From positions 1 through 59,218 of the IMG/VR virus record IMGVR_UViG_3300037851_000461: 59,218 bases of DNA; one strand, given 5' to 3'. The position numbers and the translations under genes are program-made. Below are positions 55,464-59,218 of the stretch, one piece after another. This DNA is from a virus. Lineage: Duplodnaviria > Heunggongvirae > Uroviricota > Caudoviricetes. The notes under the pieces are model-generated. The model was not told where the DNA came from, searched no databases, and worked only from the letters and a program-made list of their open reading frames with translations. Position 1 is the first letter of the stretch, and each line of letters starts with the position of its first letter.

Positions 55464-56045
55464 ATGAAAACAACTAACGTTCAGTGTGAGTGGTGCAATA
55501 TCAACTTCAACATATCCCAATCTGAATTTAATAGAAAGAAGAAGAAGCGAACTTCGTTCTTTTGTAGTAGAACATGCTCCGCACATCATAGAAATGCAAC
55601 GGTGCCAAAAAATTCGTGGGCAAAGCAATATGAAAGAAATAAGAGTGTGTTTGATATAAAAACCCACGCAAGCAATAGGCTCGATGAATACTCTCCATTT
55701 AGAACATTCTTGTCATCGGGAAGAAGGAGCATACAAAAACATGAGGTAAAAATCACACCAGCCCATCTCAAGGAAGTATGGGAATCACAGAGAGGTATTT
55801 GTCCATACACCGGGATAAAAATGCTACTGCCGCCGACGACGAAGGATTACACATCAACAAGAAATCTGTCCAAAGCCAGTTTGGACAGAATCGATTCATC
55901 CAAAGGATACATAGAAGGCAACGTAGAATTTGTGTGTATGGCAATCAATCTTGCCAAGAACAATCATTCTAAGAAAGAGATGGTCAATTTCATCAATAGT
56001 ATTGACCGGGAACACATTCAGCATTACTCAAGCGCAACCACGTGA
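55464..56045 (+). CDS. HNH/His-Me finger endonuclease with N-terminal Zn-binding motif (putative free-standing homing endonuclease)
   Basis: CEWC...FCSRTC; CPYTG...SLDRIDSSKGY.EGNV.FVC..IN.AKN; ATATTTATT 3 nt upstream. Confidence 0.8.
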   Translation: MKTTNVQCEWCNINFNISQSEFNRKKKKRTSFFCSRTCSAHHRNATVPKNSWAKQYERNKSVFDIKTHASNRLDEYSPFRTFLSSGRRSIQKHEVKITPAHLKEVWESQRGICPYTGIKMLLPPTTKDYTSTRNLSKASLDRIDSSKGYIEGNVEFVCMAINLAKNNHSKKEMVNFINSIDREHIQHYSSATT

Positions 56046-56066
56046 AGGTAGTGTTCATCTGCGCTC
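56030..56066 (-). other. 3' trailer hairpin of the tmRNA precursor
   Basis: GAGCGCA/UGCGCUU outer and ACUAC/GUGGU inner stems with G-U pairs on the - strand. Confidence 0.5.
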
Positions 56067-56067
56067 G

Positions 56068-56448
56068 TGGACTTGGCGGGATTTGAACCCGCATCTTCAG
56101 AACTTTGCCCCACTCGTTTACAAGCGTATCCCTACTTAATCGGATGGTGTGTCGAAAGGGCTCTAACACCAAACTTGTTTCAGTTCAATTTGACGATTAC
56201 AGAAACCTCTATCGTCCTCATTCGTAGTGTCAATGATTCAACCCTACCACGAAAATCTCGTGCTGAATCATACTGCTTTTTCTTTCGATTAAGCAGCAGC
56301 GAGTTCCTCAACATTGCTGGTGAGGAAGTTCGTCTTTACCAAGTTTGACTTAGCGTTTATGTTTGTGCGGATTCTTTTAAGGAAATACCGTACGTCTTCC
56401 TGCTTGTGGATATGGGACTACGCTATGAATCGAATCCATAACAAGCCC
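56068..56448 (-). ncRNA. ssrA: tmRNA (381 nt), tag (A)AKSNLVKTNFLTSNVEELAAA*
   Basis: 5' GGGCTTGTTATGGATTCGA; 3' GCGGG-TTCAAAT-CCCGC-CAAGTCC-A; perfect acceptor stem with G3-U70; resume codon GCT after ATAAAC; tag ORF 56354-56289. Confidence 0.95.
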
Positions 56449-56456
56449 AAATTGCA

Positions 56457-56652
56457 AAAGTCGGTGAAGAGGGGTCTACTCATTCACAGGTCTCGTTGTG
56501 GCAAAGCCTCACTTTCGGGGAGACCACCTATTCAGCACTCCTTCGGATTTTCGACTACATAAGAGATTCCTACTTGACTTGTGCTGACCGAACCTAGGAA
56601 TGTCTATTGCTAGGTTAAGGAGTTAAAATGGCGACCCCTCTACACCGACTTC
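56457..56652 (-). ncRNA. Unidentified ~196-nt multi-branched structured RNA
   Basis: 20-nt terminal inverted repeat (18 WC + 1 G-U + 1 mismatch) enclosing three further stems; lies between a promoter and the tmRNA; no credible ORF. Confidence 0.7.
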
Positions 56653-56673
56653 TACATCATTCAAAGAACATGA

Positions 56674-56704
56674 ATAAGTATCGCCAAAAAACGGCTAATG
56701 TCAA
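56674..56704 (-). promoter_or_regulatory. Promoter for the ncRNA-tmRNA transcript
   Basis: TTGACA-N18-TACTTAT. Confidence 0.65.
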
Positions 56705-56758
56705 TCACTTTTTGAGAATTTATAGAACCCATTAGTAGAATCTTCTGTACTTATAGGT

Positions 56759-57376
56759 ATGGAATACCAACCATTTATCGTCTCCAACATCACCTACCTA
56801 GGTCACGACACCGGTCCGGGTGATGAATCGTCTCTCGGCTTCACCGAAGACAAGAGACCCGTCAATCTGGTAGGCTGCATGATCGACGGAAGCAATGGCT
56901 CGTGGGGATTGAAGTTCAAAGGCAATAAGGATGTTCATGTCTACGAGTGTCGAGTGTTCAACGGAACCGCAGCAACAATGGATGTTGAGGGCGGATCGCA
57001 CTATCAGTTCAGAAAGACAAGTTTCGAAGACAAAGGATATCGCAAGATCAAGCCGAAGAAATTCTGGCGCAGACAATCCGACGTGTGCCTTCGCTCTGGT
57101 GCTAGTTTTCTCGTGTTCGACGAATGCAAGATGAACGATGTTTTGGTCGGAACAATTGAAGATATTCTCCTCGGGAAACCGATGGTTAGTGACGTTTTCA
57201 TCGACAAGTGCACTTCATTTGACGGTGAGAAAATTGATGTTCGCGTTTTGCACGGAAAGAACATCGTAGCGCCAAACTGCAATGTCATTTATTACAACAA
57301 GTATCTGGTCAAGGCTTACTGCCTATGGTTCAGAGCAAAGACGTTCATCAAATCGCGGATCACGAAGAAAAAATAA
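56759..57376 (+). CDS. Short right-handed beta-helix (pectin-lyase-like) protein
   Basis: GCMIDG...WGLKF...DVHVYECRV repeats; basic amphipathic C-terminus. Confidence 0.55.
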   Translation: MEYQPFIVSNITYLGHDTGPGDESSLGFTEDKRPVNLVGCMIDGSNGSWGLKFKGNKDVHVYECRVFNGTAATMDVEGGSHYQFRKTSFEDKGYRKIKPKKFWRRQSDVCLRSGASFLVFDECKMNDVLVGTIEDILLGKPMVSDVFIDKCTSFDGEKIDVRVLHGKNIVAPNCNVIYYNKYLVKAYCLWFRAKTFIKSRITKKK

Positions 57377-57378
57377 CC

Positions 57379-57981
57379 ATGTCTGAAGCCCACTATAATG
57401 AATATTGGAAAGCCGTTCCGGGTGAGCGTGCCGCCAAGTCATTTGGATCAATCAATGGTCTCTATCTACAAGGTTGTCGAATTGACGGTGATATGTCGGA
57501 GTGGGGATTGAAGGTATCAAACTCAACCGACGTTAATGTGGTTGGATGCTATTTGAAGAATGGATTCGACCGGGCATTTGATATGGTTCGTGGTGCTGAT
57601 GTGCACGTTGACGACTGCCACTTTTCCATCACAAACGGATCAAGAAAGAAGTTTGGATGGCTCCGTTTGTTTTCCAAGGAATGTGACATTGGTCTCAAGG
57701 GAGGAATTCAAGGCGGTTTGATTGAAAATAGTGCCGTTGATAGCATTTTGATCGGCGACTACAGCCTATACGATCAAGCGAAGAAATTTCCACCCACTCG
57801 CAACATCGAAGTAAGAAATTGTCGCAATCCTTATGGCGGAAAGGTAACCGTTCGCGTTTGGCACGGCGAGAACGTCAAGGTTGATGACACGTGCCGATTG
57901 ATAGTTTTTCCAAAGTGGCTCACGTGGATTTACTTCACGGTGAGAAAGTGGATAGATAAGACACCCATTCCACCCGCTTGA
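57379..57981 (+). CDS. Paralogous beta-helix protein
   Basis: GCRIDG...WGLKV...DVNVVGCYL; collinear with 56759-57376. Confidence 0.55.
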   Translation: MSEAHYNEYWKAVPGERAAKSFGSINGLYLQGCRIDGDMSEWGLKVSNSTDVNVVGCYLKNGFDRAFDMVRGADVHVDDCHFSITNGSRKKFGWLRLFSKECDIGLKGGIQGGLIENSAVDSILIGDYSLYDQAKKFPPTRNIEVRNCRNPYGGKVTVRVWHGENVKVDDTCRLIVFPKWLTWIYFTVRKWIDKTPIPPA

Positions 57982-57990
57982 TCCGGACAC

Positions 57991-58025
57991 AAAAAAAAAG
58001 GCGAAGGAAAAATCCTTCGCCTTTT
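57991..58025. terminator. Bidirectional intrinsic terminator
   Basis: aaaaggcgaagga-aaaa-tccttcgcctttt between converging genes. Confidence 0.88.
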
Positions 58026-58049
58026 GTCTAACTGGATTGTTCTTCGCGA

Positions 58050-58250
58050 TTAAGCCGTCACCGCAAGACCTTGACGGTCGAGGCGGGTAGCGAGACGCGA
58101 AACGTTGCGGGAGTTGACCGTGATTCCGAGGTTGCGGAGAACAGCGGAAACGCTATTGGCGTTGCTGACTGCGACTTCGAGGGTTTCGGTGCCAACGGCA
58201 CGGATGCGATAGCCCGCTGGGAGCTTGGTGAACTTGGATGTCTTACTCAT
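58050..58250 (-). CDS. Small basic putative DNA-binding protein
   Basis: 66 aa; AV...S.SAVLR.LG helix-turn-helix-like motif; own promoter (TTGACT-N18-TAATAG, 58301-58331) and terminator. Confidence 0.6.
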   Translation of the reverse strand: MSKTSKFTKLPAGYRIRAVGTETLEVAVSNANSVSAVLRNLGITVNSRNVSRLATRLDRQGLAVTA

Positions 58251-58353
58251 GATTTTGTCCTTGTGTTTTGTAATGTTCTTTTGGTGATCAAAAGATACAT
58301 CCTATTAAGAACAGACCATTACGGAAGTCAACAACTTTTATGCCAAACACTCG

Positions 58354-58674
58354 TTATTTTAAGTGTTTTTCCATGAAGTATTTTAACTCGTTGATGGTAT
58401 TGAACGGAACTGCCGTCTTGACCATTCCAACGATTGCAAATCCAGCGTGTGTCACCCACAAACCCATTTCTTTATTGAGGCGATGGAATTTGATCACGTG
58501 CCCATGCTTTCCCATGTCCCAAATCTCTGCATTACGGTCGAATTCCTTTCGCACATAATCAAGCAATGGCTCAGAAACTTTTTTTGCGTCGAATTCAACC
58601 TCGGGTTCAAGAGATGCAATCTCCATAATAAGTTCGCGCACAATCGATTTCAACTCTTGCTTGGTGATATTCAT
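58354..58674 (-). CDS. Hypothetical late protein
   Basis: MNITKQELKSIVRELIMEI N-terminus; ATATTTATT at 58684-58692. Confidence 0.6.
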   Translation of the reverse strand: MNITKQELKSIVRELIMEIASLEPEVEFDAKKVSEPLLDYVRKEFDRNAEIWDMGKHGHVIKFHRLNKEMGLWVTHAGFAIVGMVKTAVPFNTINELKYFMEKHLK

Positions 58675-58720
58675 GGGTTCGTGAATAAATATACGCGTTT
58701 TCCCAAAATCGCCCGTATAT

Positions 58721-59218
58721 ATGATTATGGCATTCTCATTAGCACTTCTCCAACAAGACCCCGACTTCGCCGCTTTGTTTAAGCAAAAGACGGAGACGGT
58801 AAAAAAAGACAAGACAAACCTTCTCACCGCTGCCCGCGACTTCAATCGCGAACATGAGCGTGAAATCGAAGAGGGAACAAAGAAGCGTGCACTTCTTCTC
58901 GAAGAGGGCAAGCGAAAGGGTCTATCGGAGGAGGAAACCTTCCAAGGCAATTCGTTATTTATCCCAACGAAGCAAACCCCTATCCTGAATTTTCTTTACT
59001 TCATGATGCGTGCGGAGAAGGATAGAGAGGAATCCAACAAGCGTGGTCAGATTCTCGGTCAGAAGTTGATGATGCTCTATGAGCAGTTGGCTTCCAAAGA
59101 AGGTCATGAAGCGGCTGAAAGAAAGATTCAGCACATTCTTGAATCCGAAGAGCACTTTGCCAGCGTTACTCCGGAAGATCACTCCGTTCAAGCCCGCCAT
59201 GTCGGTGAGAACGAAAAG
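58721..59218 (+). CDS. Hypothetical protein, truncated by the window edge (absent from the ORF track)
   Basis: Open frame M(I)MAFSLALLQQDPDFAALF...IPTKQTPILNFLYFMM... with no stop before 59218. Confidence 0.65.
   Translation, partial: MIMAFSLALLQQDPDFAALFKQKTETVKKDKTNLLTAARDFNREHEREIEEGTKKRALLLEEGKRKGLSEEETFQGNSLFIPTKQTPILNFLYFMMRAEKDREESNKRGQILGQKLMMLYEQLASKEGHEAAERKIQHILESEEHFASVTPEDHSVQARHVGENEK

Noticed and set aside
55404-56100. Group I or BHB intron in the tmRNA T-loop carrying the HNH, with the 55404 fragment as 3' exon
   Set aside because: The proximal T-arm and acceptor are already complete and perfectly paired. The distal fragment would create C-C and C-U mismatches, there is no terminal G before it, and no P7 core was found.
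56068-56110. tRNA gene suggested by the T-arm GGTTCAAATCC
   Set aside because: The matching 5' acceptor strand lies 380 nt upstream with a tag ORF in between, so this is the tmRNA.
56457-56652. Identification as 6S, RNase P, SRP or group I/II intron RNA
   Set aside because: The signature motifs are absent (GAGGAAAGUCC, SRP helix 8, paired R/S elements, domain V), and the fold is multibranched rather than rod-like.
1-59218. Stop-codon reassignment (as in some huge phages), prophage integrase, CRISPR array, rRNA
   Set aside because: Conserved genes are full-length in code 11, and no such elements were seen.

Overview
59 kb slice of a very large lytic dsDNA tailed-phage (jumbo/huge phage) genome. 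It reads in the standard genetic code, is densely coding, and shows no integrase, CRISPR array or rRNA. Left (+ strand): virion/baseplate-type genes (1-6.2 kb), then a RuvC-like resolvase, a DnaG-type primase and a single-chain Mre11-Rad50 (SbcD-SbcC) fusion. Middle (12-46.5 kb, almost all - strand): nucleotide metabolism (dUTPase, dCMP deaminase, GMP reductase, dNMP kinase, DHFR, ThyA, two NDT-fold proteins), a PIF1-like helicase, a Cas4-like nuclease, a gp62-like clamp-loader subunit and methionine aminopeptidase. Interleaved with these is a glycan-building set of about 9 glycosyltransferases, 5 SAM methyltransferases and an O-acetyltransferase. Further right are a PgaC-like processive synthase with a putative export beta-barrel and a DUF2828 (TROVE/vWA-like) gene. 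Right (46.6-55.3 kb, - strand): mosaic tail-fibre-like genes. The most unusual region is 55.4-56.7 kb. It holds a promoter-driven, unannotated ~196-nt highly structured RNA 8 nt upstream of a complete tmRNA (tag AKSNLVKTNFLTSNVEELAAA), followed by an antisense HNH-type endonuclease gene and a 48-nt CCA-ending tRNA/tmRNA-like remnant. A recurrent ATATTTAT(A/T) motif precedes the structural genes. All protein calls come from recognising motifs by eye; no database searches or folding programs were run.
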